A stretch of DNA of 64,000 bases from Actinomycetota bacterium (lineage in GTDB: Bacteria; Actinomycetota; UBA4738): positions 30,147 to 94,146 of the forward strand of contig JBEDUK010000010.1 in NCBI GenBank assembly GCA_040414485.1, in the 5' to 3' direction. Numbering within the stretch: position 1 is the first letter of the stretch; each line of letters begins with the position of its first letter. Below the pieces are notes generated by a model. It saw only the letters and a program-made list of their open reading frames with translations, was not told the DNA's origin and did not search any database. The position numbers and the translations under genes are program-made. Below, piece by piece: positions 47,094-56,949 of the stretch.

Positions 47094-48506
47094 CTAGCCG
47101 ATCGCGCCTTCCATCTGGAGCTCGATCAGCCGGTTCAGCTCGACCGCGTACTCCATGGGCAGCTCGCGCGTGATCGGCTCGATGAAGCCGTTCACGACCA
47201 TGGCGGTCGCTTCGGCCTCGGTCAGCCCGCGCGACATCAGATAGAAGAGCTGGTCCTCGCCGACCCGCGAGACCGTGGCCTCGTGGCCCAGCTGCGCGCT
47301 CTGGTCCTCGACCTCCACGTAGGGATAGGTGTCCGAACGCGACTCCTGGTCCAGGATCAGCGCGTCGCAGCGGACGATCGACTTCGCGTGGTGCGCCTCG
47401 GGCTCCACGCGCACGAGCCCGCGGTACCCGGTGCGACCGCCGTCCTTCGACACGGACTTCGACGTGATCACCGACGATGTGTAGGGCGCCACGTGAACGG
47501 CCTTGCCGCCCGCGTCGGTGTGCATCCCCTTGCCGGCGAACGCCACTGAGAGCACCTCGCCACGCGCACCCTTGCCCAGCAGATAGATCGAGGGGTACTT
47601 CATGGTGATCTTCGACCCGATGTTGCCGTCGACCCATTCCATGACCGCGTCCTCGTGGGCGGCGGCGCGCTTGGTCACAAGGTTGTAGACGTTCGTCGAC
47701 CAGTTCTGGATCGTCGTGTACCGCACGCGGGCCCCGCGCTTGACGACGATCTCGACCACCGCCGAGTGCAGCGAGTCGGTCGTGTAGATCGGCGCCGAGC
47801 AGCCCTCCACGTAGTGCACGTATGAACCCTCGTCCGCGATGATCAGCGTCCGCTCGAACTGCCCCATGTTCTGGGCGTTGATCCGGAAGTACGCCTGCAG
47901 CGGGATGTCCACGTGCACGCCCGGTGGCACGTAGATGAACGACCCGCCGCTCCACACCGCGGAGTTCAGGGCGGCGAACTTGTTGTCGTTCGCCGGGATG
48001 ATCGTGCCGAAGTACTCCTTGACGATGTCGGAATGGTCGCGCAGGGCGGTATCCATGTCGCAGAAGAGCACCCCGATGTCGTCGAGCTCCTTCTTGATCT
48101 TGTGGTAGACGACCTCGGACTCGTACTGGGCGGAGACGCCGCCCAGGTACCGCTTCTCCGCTTCGGGGATGCCCAGCTTGTCCCACGTGCCGCGGATGTC
48201 CGCGGGCAGGTCCTCCCACGTCTTGGCCTGCTTCTCGGTGGACCTGATGAAGTAGTAGATGTCGTCGAAGTCGATGTCGGAGAGGTCGGCGCCCCACCAT
48301 GGCATCGGCCGCTGCTGGAAGTGCTTCAGCGCCTTCAACCGGTACTTGCGCATCCAGACCGGCTCACTCTTGAGGTAGGAGATCTCCTCGACGACCGCCT
48401 CGTTCAGCCCCTTCTTGGGCTGGAAGACGTAGTGCTCCGGATCGTGCCAGCCGAACCGGTAGCCCTTGGACAGTTCGTTGAGGTGTTCCTGCTGCGTGAC
48501 GGCCAT
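47094..48506 (-). CDS. sufB: Fe-S cluster assembly protein SufB
   Basis: 470 aa with SufB-specific motifs ([50 protein letters not shown]). Confidence 0.9.
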   Translation of the reverse strand: MAVTQQEHLNELSKGYRFGWHDPEHYVFQPKKGLNEAVVEEISYLKSEPVWMRKYRLKALKHFQQRPMPWWGADLSDIDFDDIYYFIRSTEKQAKTWEDLPADIRGTWDKLGIPEAEKRYLGGVSAQYESEVVYHKIKKELDDIGVLFCDMDTALRDHSDIVKEYFGTIIPANDNKFAALNSAVWSGGSFIYVPPGVHVDIPLQAYFRINAQNMGQFERTLIIADEGSYVHYVEGCSAPIYTTDSLHSAVVEIVVKRGARVRYTTIQNWSTNVYNLVTKRAAAHEDAVMEWVDGNIGSKITMKYPSIYLLGKGARGEVLSVAFAGKGMHTDAGGKAVHVAPYTSSVITSKSVSKDGGRTGYRGLVRVEPEAHHAKSIVRCDALILDQESRSDTYPYVEVEDQSAQLGHEATVSRVGEDQLFYLMSRGLTEAEATAMVVNGFIEPITRELPMEYAVELNRLIELQMEGAIG

Positions 48507-48658
48507 GGCCGGGTCCCTTCGAATCGCTGCAATCAGGGGGGCGTGCTTCGTCCCCGTCAGTCTACCGTTGAAACCCTACCTCCGCGATAGGAATTCCAAC
48601 CCGCCGCGGCCGGTCCCGGCCGGCCGCGTGGTCGGGGACGTCGGCGCGGGTCAGCCGG

Positions 48659-49162
48659 TCAGAAGAACCCGAGGGCGGCCTTCGCCTCCTCGGACATCAT
48701 CTCCGGCGTCCACGCCGGGCGGAACACCATCTCCGCGTCGAAGCGTTGGAGCCCCGGCACGTCGGCCAGGAACCGCTGCATCTCCATCTCGATCATCGGC
48801 CCGATCGGGCACCCCATGGTGGTGAGCGTGTAGGTGATGTACACCCGATCGTCGTAGACGTCGATGCCGTACACCAGGCCGAGGTCGACGATGTTGATCC
48901 CGAGCTCGGGGTCGACCACGTTCTTCAGCGCCTCCGCGACCCGGTCGCGGATCTCGCGCGCCTCCTCGTCCTCGCGCGGGGGGCCCTCCGGCCGTTCCGG
49001 CGGCGCCGGCGGCTCCGCGGGCTCGACGTAGCCTCCGGGGACCGGGCCTCCATAGGGCCCCGCGCCGGGCTCGTCCGGCCACGCCGCGCCTGTTGCACTC
49101 CACGCGGGTGGGACCGGTTCCTCCCACCACGCCTTCGCGTCTTCTCTCATCGGTGCCTCCAC
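48659..49162 (-). CDS. sufT: DUF59 / SufT (MIP18-family) Fe-S assembly protein with ~75-aa Pro-rich N-terminal extension
   Basis: C-terminal core (IRDRVAEALKNVVDPELGINIVDLGLVYGIDV...TMGCP) matches DUF59. The N-terminal part is low-complexity and P/E-rich. Confidence 0.7.
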   Translation of the reverse strand: MEAPMREDAKAWWEEPVPPAWSATGAAWPDEPGAGPYGGPVPGGYVEPAEPPAPPERPEGPPREDEEAREIRDRVAEALKNVVDPELGINIVDLGLVYGIDVYDDRVYITYTLTTMGCPIGPMIEMEMQRFLADVPGLQRFDAEMVFRPAWTPEMMSEEAKAALGFF

Positions 49163-49212
49163 CAGGTCTCGGGGACCTCGGGCTATCCTACCCAGGACCC
49201 GGACTCAGGCAG

Positions 49213-49845
49213 GTGCTCGTGAGGGTGCTCATCGTCGACGACCACCCGGTGACTCGCGATGGCCTCCGGTCGGCGCTCTCGCGGGCCCACGACCTGGAGG
49301 TTGTCGGCGAGGCCGGCTCCGGTGAGGATGCCGTGACGGCCGCCCAGGCGCTTCGTCCCGATCTGGTCTTCATGGACGTCCGCATGCCGGGCATCGGAGG
49401 CATCGAGGCGACGCGGGCCATCCGCAACGTCCTGCCCGAGACCAAGGTGATCCTCTTCACCGTGGACGAATCGCGCGCGGCCATCGCCGAGGCGATCCAG
49501 GCGGGCGTCTCGGGCTACCTTCTGAAGGACGTCTCCAGCGAGGACCTCCACCGCGCGGCCCGCATGGCGCTCGAGGGCAAGGCCGTGATCCACCCCGCGC
49601 TCATGAAGGCGTTCCTGGACGAGGTTCGATTCCTCCCGAAGGACGGCTCATCTCCCCTGTCTCCGCGCGAGGTCCAGATCCTGCAGCACATCGCGAGCGG
49701 GTCGTCGACGAAGCAGGTCGCCAGGGATCTCGGGATCTCGGCGCACACCGTCAAGACGCACCTCGAACGGATCTTCGACAAGCTCGGGGCGAACGACCGC
49801 GCGCAGGCGGTCGCCATCGCCCTGCGGATGGGCGTGGTGCAGTAG
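49213..49845 (+). CDS. NarL/LuxR-family two-component response regulator
   Basis: Receiver domain (VLIVDDHPVTRDGLRSAL ... DLVFMDVRMPG) and LuxR HTH (LSPREVQILQHIASGSSTKQVARDLGISAHTVKTHL). GTG start; exact codon uncertain. No adjacent histidine kinase. Confidence 0.8.
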   Translation: MLVRVLIVDDHPVTRDGLRSALSRAHDLEVVGEAGSGEDAVTAAQALRPDLVFMDVRMPGIGGIEATRAIRNVLPETKVILFTVDESRAAIAEAIQAGVSGYLLKDVSSEDLHRAARMALEGKAVIHPALMKAFLDEVRFLPKDGSSPLSPREVQILQHIASGSSTKQVARDLGISAHTVKTHLERIFDKLGANDRAQAVAIALRMGVVQ

Positions 49846-49883
49846 CCCCGGGCTCACTCGAAGCGCGGCCTTCGACTCCCGGT

Positions 49884-51182
49884 TCAGCCCGCTGCCTCGG
49901 AGCGACGATGATCCCTGGTCACGGCCTCGAGCGCGTCCGCATCGGTCGCAACCACCGTGGCGTTCGCGGCGAGGTCCGTCCAGAGCGCCGTGGCCTCGCC
50001 ACCCGTGAAATCGCGACCTTCGATCGGCGAGCCCTGGACAAGGTACGCGAGGTGGCCGGCGCGGGCGGCGTCCAGGGCGAGGCGGAGGTTCGCCACGTTG
50101 CCGGCACCGAACGGTGGGTCGCACACCACGATCGCCCAGGCATCGGCCATCAGGCCCGCTGCCTCGCGCGCCGCGGCGTCGTCGATCGGAGCGAACGCCG
50201 GGACGCTCACCCGCCGCAGATCGAGACGCGCGGCGACGTCCTCATCGGTGTCGGTCCCGTGAAGCACCCCCACGGTCACCTCGAAGCCGCGTTCGGCCAG
50301 GCCTCGCATCAGCGCCGCGCCGGATCCCGCGCCTCCCACCACGTGCACCCGGGCGCGCGAGGTTGCCTCCGCCTCCGACGCAGCGGCGAACGTCACCGTC
50401 GGCCTGCCCGTCCGGGGGGCGCGCGTCACATCGGCGTCCACGCCGTACAGGCGCCGGATCAGGCCGGTTTCGATGACCTCGCCCGGCGAGCCGGACGCCA
50501 AGACGCGGCCGCGGTCCATCGCATGGATGCGATCACAGAAGGCGGAGGCCAGGTTGAGATCGTGGAACACGGTCAGCACCGCGGCTCCGTCGCGGTGGGC
50601 GAGGCGGCGCGCGACCGCCATGGCATCCAGCATGTGGCCGGGATCGAGGTGAGTCGTCGGCTCGTCCAGGATGAGCACGCGCGTGGACTGGGCAAGCGCC
50701 TGGGCCAGCACGACCCGCTGACGCTCGCCCCCGGAAAGCTCGTCCGTCGGCCGGTCCGCCAGGTGCTGGACGTTCGCCGCCGCCATCGCGCTGCGGGCGA
50801 TGGCCCAATCGTCCGGCCCGCCGGAGCTCCATGCCGAAAGGAAGGGCGAGCGACCCATGAGCACCACTTCGAACACCGTGAACGAGAACGCCGGCGTGAA
50901 CTCCTGCGGGACGACCGCCGCAAGCCGGGCCGCCGTCCGGCTGGGCACCGCGTACGGATCCATGCCTCCGACCAGGACCTGGCCGGCCGTGGGGCGCAGC
51001 CCCCGGGAGGCCACACGCACCAGCGTGGTCTTCCCCGAGCCGTTCGGCCCGATGAGGCCTACGATCTCGCCGGGGCGAACCTCGAGCGACACCTCGTGGA
51101 GCACCGCTCGCGCTCCGTACCCGGCGGTGACCGACCGCAGCTCGAGCCCTTCGTCCGTGGCTGCGGCTCGCACGGCGGTCAT
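49884..51182 (-). CDS. btuD: ABC transporter ATP-binding protein (BtuD/FecE-type) with an extra ~170-aa Rossmann-like C-terminal domain
   Basis: Walker A GPNGSGKTT, signature LSGGERQR, Walker B ILDEPT, then a C-terminal domain starting VHVVGGAGSGAALMRGLAERGFEVTVGV.... Its start overlaps the permease stop. Confidence 0.8.
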   Translation of the reverse strand: MTAVRAAATDEGLELRSVTAGYGARAVLHEVSLEVRPGEIVGLIGPNGSGKTTLVRVASRGLRPTAGQVLVGGMDPYAVPSRTAARLAAVVPQEFTPAFSFTVFEVVLMGRSPFLSAWSSGGPDDWAIARSAMAAANVQHLADRPTDELSGGERQRVVLAQALAQSTRVLILDEPTTHLDPGHMLDAMAVARRLAHRDGAAVLTVFHDLNLASAFCDRIHAMDRGRVLASGSPGEVIETGLIRRLYGVDADVTRAPRTGRPTVTFAAASEAEATSRARVHVVGGAGSGAALMRGLAERGFEVTVGVLHGTDTDEDVAARLDLRRVSVPAFAPIDDAAAREAAGLMADAWAIVVCDPPFGAGNVANLRLALDAARAGHLAYLVQGSPIEGRDFTGGEATALWTDLAANATVVATDADALEAVTRDHRRSEAAG

Positions 51183-52207
51183 GCGCGGGCGCCGGCGCGA
51201 CGGCGTTCGCGCCGCAGGAGATAGATGAAGAACGGCCCGCCGAGCAGCGCCGTCACCGCCCCCACGGGGATCTCCTCCGGCGACACGACGGTTCGCGCCA
51301 CCAGGTCGGCCAGGACCATGAAGGTCGCCCCGCCGAGGATCGACGCCGGCAGAAGGCGCCGGTGGTCCGGTCCGACGATCCGGCGCATGATGTGGGGCGT
51401 CATCAGGCCGACGAACCCGATCAGGCCGGCCACCGACACCGCCGCCGCCGCAAGCAGCGATCCCGACGCGAGCAGGAGCCGCTTGAAGCCTTCGATGTCG
51501 AGCCCGAGCTGCCCCGCCCGCTCCTCACCCAGCGCCATCAGGTTCAGGTTCGCCACGGAAAGCGCCACCACGACCACGCCGGCCGCGATGGGAATGCCCG
51601 CCTCGCCGACCTGCTGCCACGACGCCGCCCCGAGCCCGCCCAGGAGCCAGAAGTAGATCGAACGCACCTCTTGGCCCGACATCGCCATGACGAGCGTGAT
51701 CACCGAGGAGATCACCGCGGCCACGGCGATGCCGGCCAGGAGCAGCGTTCCGACCTGCACGGCCGGTCCGATCCGGGCCAGCCGGTAGACGAGCAGGGCC
51801 GTCAGCAACGCGCCCGCGAACGCGGCCGCCGCCGTCGCGGAACCACCCAGCGCGGCGCCCCACCCCGCCAGGATCACCGCGATCGCGCCCAGCGCGGCGC
51901 CCGAGGACACACCGATGATGGCGGGGTCCGCCATCGGGTTGCTGAACAGCGTCTGGAAGACCGCGCCGGCGACCGCCAGCCCGGCGCCCACGATCGCGGC
52001 GAGCAGCACCCTCGGCAGGCGCAATTGCAACAGGATGACCTGGTCGGTCAGGGGCACACCCGCCGGGCGGCCCGTGAGATGGGCCTTCCAGAGCAGGAGC
52101 CGGACCACGTTCCAGGGCGCGATCCACACCGAGCCGAGCCCGACGGCAAGGATCACCACCAGGACGAACACGGCCGCGATCAGGGGCAGCCGGCCCCGTT
52201 TCGTCAC
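51179..52207 (-). CDS. btuC: FecCD-family ABC permease (BtuC-like)
   Basis: 342 aa, about 9-10 TM helices, and the FecCD signature region (LLGGPFFIYLL). GTG start in a GTGA overlap with the btuF stop. Confidence 0.8.
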   Translation of the reverse strand: MTKRGRLPLIAAVFVLVVILAVGLGSVWIAPWNVVRLLLWKAHLTGRPAGVPLTDQVILLQLRLPRVLLAAIVGAGLAVAGAVFQTLFSNPMADPAIIGVSSGAALGAIAVILAGWGAALGGSATAAAAFAGALLTALLVYRLARIGPAVQVGTLLLAGIAVAAVISSVITLVMAMSGQEVRSIYFWLLGGLGAASWQQVGEAGIPIAAGVVVVALSVANLNLMALGEERAGQLGLDIEGFKRLLLASGSLLAAAAVSVAGLIGFVGLMTPHIMRRIVGPDHRRLLPASILGGATFMVLADLVARTVVSPEEIPVGAVTALLGGPFFIYLLRRERRRAGARA

Positions 52208-53232
52208 GAACCCTGGAACGCGTCGGGATGGAGTGCCCTCGCCAGCGCCTCCAGGCCATCCACGATGCGCGGACCCGGCCTGGTCACCAGGTCGGAGTCG
52301 ATCACGATCACGTGCCCTCCCTTCACGGCCGCGAGCGCACCGAAACCGTGCCGCTTCGCGACCGCCGCCGGCGTCGCGCCTGACAGCGAGTCGAGCAGGT
52401 ACACGTTCGGGTTCTCGCTGACCAGGCGCTCCAGGGACCAGGTCGGATAGGGCGCCTTCGCTCCCGTCGTCACCGGGTCGCATCCGGCGCGCTGCAGCAG
52501 GTCGAAGACGAACGTGTTCGGCCCGACCGTGGTGAGCGGCGGGTAGTAGACCTCGTAGAAGCAGGACACCTTCGGTTCGGCGCTCACCTTCGACTGGATC
52601 TCCGCCGCCTTCGCCCGCATCGAGGCGACCAGTTGATCGGCCGCAGGCTCGGCGCCCGTGATCGTGCCGACGGTCTGGATGTCGTGGAGCAGGTCGTCGA
52701 ATCCGGTCGCGTTGATCGTGAACACCTTGATCCCCAGCGCGCGCAGCCGGGCCTTCCAGGTGTCGCCTCCGGACGTGGTGAGCATCAGATCCGGGTGCAG
52801 GGCGACCACCTTCTCGATGTTCGGGTCGACCCCGAAGTTCCCCGCGCCGCCCACGGACGCGATCGACTTTGCCTGCGGGGGGTAGTTGTCGTATGAACCC
52901 GACACGCCGACGACCCGGCTCCCGAGGCCGAGCGCGAACAGGATCTCGGTGTTGGCCGGCGCGAAGGTCACCACCCGCTGCGGCGCGGACGGGAACGTGA
53001 CGCTCACCCCTTCGTCGTCGCTGAGCGTGAGCGGGAACGCGGCCCGCGTCGCGGACGCCGCCGGCGACGTTCCACCTGCCGGTGCGGCCGTGGCGGAACC
53101 TGAGCCGGGGGGCGAACCGGGCGAGGCCGAACCGCCGCACGCCGCAAGCGCCAGCCCAGCGAACAGGACGAACGCCAGGCTCGGAACGAAGGCGGCGACG
53201 CGGATGCGTCCCGCCGGGTGCATCCTCTGCAC
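52204..53232 (-). CDS. btuF: ABC transporter periplasmic substrate-binding lipoprotein (BtuF / cluster A-2 type)
   Basis: Lipobox LALAACGG and PBP type-2 (Peripla_BP_2) organisation. Preceded by a cobalamin riboswitch. Confidence 0.75.
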   Translation of the reverse strand: MQRMHPAGRIRVAAFVPSLAFVLFAGLALAACGGSASPGSPPGSGSATAAPAGGTSPAASATRAAFPLTLSDDEGVSVTFPSAPQRVVTFAPANTEILFALGLGSRVVGVSGSYDNYPPQAKSIASVGGAGNFGVDPNIEKVVALHPDLMLTTSGGDTWKARLRALGIKVFTINATGFDDLLHDIQTVGTITGAEPAADQLVASMRAKAAEIQSKVSAEPKVSCFYEVYYPPLTTVGPNTFVFDLLQRAGCDPVTTGAKAPYPTWSLERLVSENPNVYLLDSLSGATPAAVAKRHGFGALAAVKGGHVIVIDSDLVTRPGPRIVDGLEALARALHPDAFQGS

Positions 53233-53379
53233 GAGGCCCTCCTCTCATGCGCGAAGAGCGCAGGCCGTGTTCGGCGCGGGGCGATCCCCGCGCCGCGCTC
53301 GTCCTCGAGGCAGGTCTCCTGACTTCCGGATCCCGCGACCGGCGCCGCCCGCCTCCGCGGGGACGTTCGCCGGTCGCTG

Positions 53380-53500
53380 CGCTCCCCCGAGCCTTCCCGG
53401 GCCCTATGGCCCAGTGGCGTGCACGGGTTCGCTCCCCGGTCACAGTGGCGCGACCGTGCCGGATTCCCACCGGCTTCCCTCTTCGGGCTCCGCGCGCCAT
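53380..53500 (-). promoter_or_regulatory. cobalamin (B12) riboswitch in the 5' leader of the btuFCD-like operon
   Basis: The minus-strand sequence reads ...GAAGAGGGAAGCCGGUGGGAAUCCGGCACGGUCGCGCCACUGUGACCGGGGAGCGAACCCG...GCCACUGGGCC...GGGAAGGC. It contains the conserved GGGAA/CCGGUG/AAUCCGG core and the B12-box GCCACUG. A strong GC hairpin (CGGCGCGGGG-AUCG-CCCCGCGCCG, 53272-53296) lies between the aptamer and the RBS. Confidence 0.7.
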
Positions 53501-53633
53501 ACGCGCGCCGAGCCAACCTCAAGGCGGGTTCGCGCGTATCCTACTCATTGGGACCTGGCGCGATGCGGCCGGTGCCTGCCCGGGTGGAACTCGACGGGCG
53601 CGCTGCGTACACTTCGCTTCGGGGAGGACTGGG

Positions 53634-54380
53634 GTGCTTGGCCGGACGACGACCGCCATGCTGCTCGCTGCCGCGTTGTCGGCGTGCGCTCCGGCCGGTC
53701 GCCCGCAGGTCGCGCCTCCGGAGACGTCCATGGGGGGAGCCGCGGCCGTCGACGTTCTGCAGATGCGCCCGGTCGACCTTCCGAGCAGCCCTGCACCTCT
53801 GATCGAGGTCCAGCTCGGCGGCGTCCACGCGATCGTTCCTAGGGGATGGGTCGCCCGCGAGCTCCCCGGCCAGTTCGCCCAGGAGGGGTTCGAAGCCTCG
53901 CCGCACATCGCCGAATGGGATGACGGACAGAATGCCGTCTCCGGCCTCGAGGCGTTCTACGTCGACGTCAACAGGGTCGGCATCCCGTCGGACTACTACT
54001 ACCTCGCCGCGCGCTCGGTGTCGTTCGGTGGCCTCTCCAACGGCAGGCAGTGCAGCCCGTCGAACCTCGATGTCGTGGCGAACCATCCACCGGACTTCAC
54101 GGGCAGGCACGACTCACCGAGCGACTTCGTTGCTTCGGCGCGCGGCAGGTGCGTCGGCGCGAACGGGCACGCCACCCACTGGGCGTACGTGGTGGCCGCT
54201 CCGGGCTTCGGTCCCGTGCGCCAACTCGGCATTCCCACCTCGGGTCTCTACGTCGTGATGGTGCAGATCGCGGGGCCGCACGCCGATGCGCGCCTCGACG
54301 AGATGCTCTCCATGGCACGGTTCGGCGACGCGACCGTTCCGCAGCTGGTTCGCGCCGCCGGACAGGAGCAGCACCATTAG
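53634..54380 (+). CDS. hypothetical lipoprotein
   Basis: GTG start with a GGAGGA RBS. Signal/lipobox MLLAAALSACAP. No recognisable catalytic domain. Confidence 0.5.
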   Translation: MLGRTTTAMLLAAALSACAPAGRPQVAPPETSMGGAAAVDVLQMRPVDLPSSPAPLIEVQLGGVHAIVPRGWVARELPGQFAQEGFEASPHIAEWDDGQNAVSGLEAFYVDVNRVGIPSDYYYLAARSVSFGGLSNGRQCSPSNLDVVANHPPDFTGRHDSPSDFVASARGRCVGANGHATHWAYVVAAPGFGPVRQLGIPTSGLYVVMVQIAGPHADARLDEMLSMARFGDATVPQLVRAAGQEQHH

Positions 54381-55560
54381 GCGACCCGCACCCTGGATCA
54401 TCGTGGCCCTATCGGTCGCCGCCATCCTGGCCCTGACGTCGGCCGGGATCGCTTCCTGGCGCGGCGTCAGGATCGAACGGTCGGCGCTGGCCGGGACGCA
54501 GCCCCACCCGGACCCCACCCCGGCGCCTGGAGGCGGCGCCGCGCCGTCTCCCTCGACCATCGGCCTGCCGGCGTCCTCACCGCCGCGCACCGCCCCTGCT
54601 TCGGTCCCGACACCGGACCCGACCGCCGACCCGAGCCACCGCGCACTTCCGGCCAACCCGGCCGTGTGGCCGATCGTCCCGAGCATCGACGCGGTCGAAC
54701 AGGCGCGGCTCCGGGACGTCTACCTGAACGGGCAGGCCATGGGCAACCGAAGCGACGTGTTCGTCAAGGCGGGCGACAGCATCACGGCGACGGACCTGTT
54801 CCTGTCGGAGGTCGGGTGCGGCGCCGTGGGTCTCGCCGGCCACATCGACGTGCTCCACGCGATCGATGTCTTCTCGAAGGTGCGGTTCCCTCCCGAGGAC
54901 ACGACCGCCTGGTGCGGCATCGCGAACTCGTTCACCCGCACCAGCGTCGCCGCCGTTCAGGGATGGACCGCGGCGGATGCGTTGCAGCCGTTCTCGGGCA
55001 GTCCGCCGGATCGTTCGTGCGCCGACGCGCCGTTCGATGCTCCGCTCCCCTGCGAGATCCACCTGCTCCACCCGAGCGTGGCGCTGATCATGTTCGGGAC
55101 CAACGACACCGAGCACTCCGGTGATCCGACCTCGTTCGTTCAGAGCCTCCACGCGATCGTCCAGGTCTGCCTGGCGGCGGGCGTCATCCCGGTGCTGTCC
55201 ACGATCCCGCCCCGCCCAAGCGACTCGCTCATGGACGAGCGCGTCGATCGCTTCAACCAGGCCATCGTCCGTGTCGCGGCCGCGGAACAGGTGCCGCTCG
55301 TGAACTACTGGCGCGCGCTGGTGCAGGGGCACCTCGTGAACGAGGGCATCAGCGGCGACGGCGTGCACCCGAACGTGTACGGTGGCTGCTCGCCGCACTG
55401 CGAGTCCACGGACTTCACCGCGGCGGGGCTGCGGTACGGCTTCAACATGCGGAACCTGGTGTCGCTGGAGGCGCTGGAGAAGGTGCTCACCGTGGTGATC
55501 GAAGACGGACGAGCCGACGCCGGTCCGGGCGGCAGGGCGAGCCCTTCGGCCACGTCGTGA
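54286..55560 (+). CDS. membrane-anchored SGNH/GDSL-family hydrolase with Pro-rich linker
   Basis: TM helix (WIIVALSVAAILALTSAGIASW), a Pro/Thr-rich linker, then an SGNH block (VFVKAGDSITA ... IMFGTNDT ... DGVHP). Start uncertain: the ATG at 54286 overlaps the previous gene by 95 nt. Confidence 0.6.
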   Translation: MRASTRCSPWHGSATRPFRSWFAPPDRSSTIRRPAPWIIVALSVAAILALTSAGIASWRGVRIERSALAGTQPHPDPTPAPGGGAAPSPSTIGLPASSPPRTAPASVPTPDPTADPSHRALPANPAVWPIVPSIDAVEQARLRDVYLNGQAMGNRSDVFVKAGDSITATDLFLSEVGCGAVGLAGHIDVLHAIDVFSKVRFPPEDTTAWCGIANSFTRTSVAAVQGWTAADALQPFSGSPPDRSCADAPFDAPLPCEIHLLHPSVALIMFGTNDTEHSGDPTSFVQSLHAIVQVCLAAGVIPVLSTIPPRPSDSLMDERVDRFNQAIVRVAAAEQVPLVNYWRALVQGHLVNEGISGDGVHPNVYGGCSPHCESTDFTAAGLRYGFNMRNLVSLEALEKVLTVVIEDGRADAGPGGRASPSATS

Positions 55561-55567
55561 TGCCGTC

Positions 55568-56908
55568 ATGACGACGCGTGACGAACTCGAGGCCGCGGTC
55601 CGTGGATTGATGCCCGATCTGCGCGCCGACCTGGAGTCGCTCGTGCGGATCCCTTCGGTGAGCGCGGCAGGGTTCGACCCCGCGCCGGTCAGGGCCTCGG
55701 CGGAGGCGACGCGCGCGATCCTCGAGGCGTCCGGGATGGAGGCGCGCCTCCTGGAACCCTCCGGCCCGGGGCATCCCGCCGTGCTCGGGCGGATTCCGGC
55801 GCCGGCCGGCGCGCCGACCGTCCTGCTCTACGCGCATCACGATGTGCAGCCGCCGGGATCATCCGATCTCTGGTCATCACCGCCGTTCGAGCCGACCGAG
55901 CGCGACGGACGCCTCTACGGGCGCGGCGCCGCGGACGACAAGGCCGGCGTGGTCGTCCACGCCGCCGCCGTCCGCGCATGGCGCGGCCGCCCCCCGGTCG
56001 GCGTCGTCGTCTTCGTGGAGGGCGAGGAAGAGGCCGGCTCGGAAAGCCTGCCGGCATTCCTGGAGACCTATCGGGACGAGCTACGCGCCGACGCGGTCGT
56101 CCTGGCGGACGTGGCGAACTGGCGGACGGGGCAACCGTCGCTCACCACGTCGCTTCGAGGGCTAGCCGCCTGTGTGGTCGAGGTTCGAACCCTCCATCAC
56201 GCCGTCCACAGCGGCATGTACGGAGGCCCGTTCCCGGACGCGATCACCTGCCTGGCGCGGCTGATCGCCACGCTCCACGACGAGCGCGGGAGAGTGGCGG
56301 TGGACGGCCTTCATGCGCAGGACGCCGACCCGCTCGATCTCACCGAGGAGGAGCTTCGGCGCGACGCCGGCGCGGTGGACTCGCTGCGGCTCGCGGGCGA
56401 GGGCGCGCTGACATCCAGGCTCTGGACGAAGCCGGCCATCGCCGTGCTCGCGCTCGACGCGCCCTCGATCGCGGATGTCTCGAACCAGATCGTCCCCGCG
56501 GCGCGGGCGGCGGTGAGCCTTCGGGTCGCTCCCGGGCAGGATGCCGAAGCAGCGCTGGCCGCGCTGGTCGATCATCTCGAGTCCAACGCGCCCTGGGGTG
56601 CGCAGGTGACGGTCAGTCCCCTGCACACCGGGCAGCCGTTCCGCGTGAACAGCACCGGTCCCGCGTACGACGCCATCCGCCGTGCCTTCGCCGATGCCTA
56701 CGGAGTTCCGTCACTCGACGTCGGCTCCGGTGGGTCGATCCCGTTCCTGGCTTCGTTCGCCGATGCCTATCCGGATGCGGCGCTTCTGCTCCTCGGGGTC
56801 GAGGATCCGTCGTCCAACGCCCACTCCGAGAACGAGAGCCTGCACATCGGAGACTTCGAGAAGGCCTGCCTCGCCGAGGCGCTGTTCCTCGGGTACCTGG
56901 CGGGCTGA
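55568..56908 (+). CDS. M20-family dipeptidase (paralogue of 44778..46124)
   Basis: The same motifs (LLYAHHDVQPPG, RLYGRGAADDKAG) and near-identical domain order as the first copy. Confidence 0.8.
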   Translation: MTTRDELEAAVRGLMPDLRADLESLVRIPSVSAAGFDPAPVRASAEATRAILEASGMEARLLEPSGPGHPAVLGRIPAPAGAPTVLLYAHHDVQPPGSSDLWSSPPFEPTERDGRLYGRGAADDKAGVVVHAAAVRAWRGRPPVGVVVFVEGEEEAGSESLPAFLETYRDELRADAVVLADVANWRTGQPSLTTSLRGLAACVVEVRTLHHAVHSGMYGGPFPDAITCLARLIATLHDERGRVAVDGLHAQDADPLDLTEEELRRDAGAVDSLRLAGEGALTSRLWTKPAIAVLALDAPSIADVSNQIVPAARAAVSLRVAPGQDAEAALAALVDHLESNAPWGAQVTVSPLHTGQPFRVNSTGPAYDAIRRAFADAYGVPSLDVGSGGSIPFLASFADAYPDAALLLLGVEDPSSNAHSENESLHIGDFEKACLAEALFLGYLAG

Positions 56909-56949
56909 GCCGGGCCTCGCTGGTGGGCCCAAGAGAAGGGACGGCGGAC

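Noticed and set aside
53082-53633. 5' extension of the lipoprotein ORF covering the riboswitch region on the plus strand
   Set aside because: The region is the minus-strand B12 riboswitch / leader. A GTG with a GGAGGA RBS at 53634 gives a proper signal peptide.
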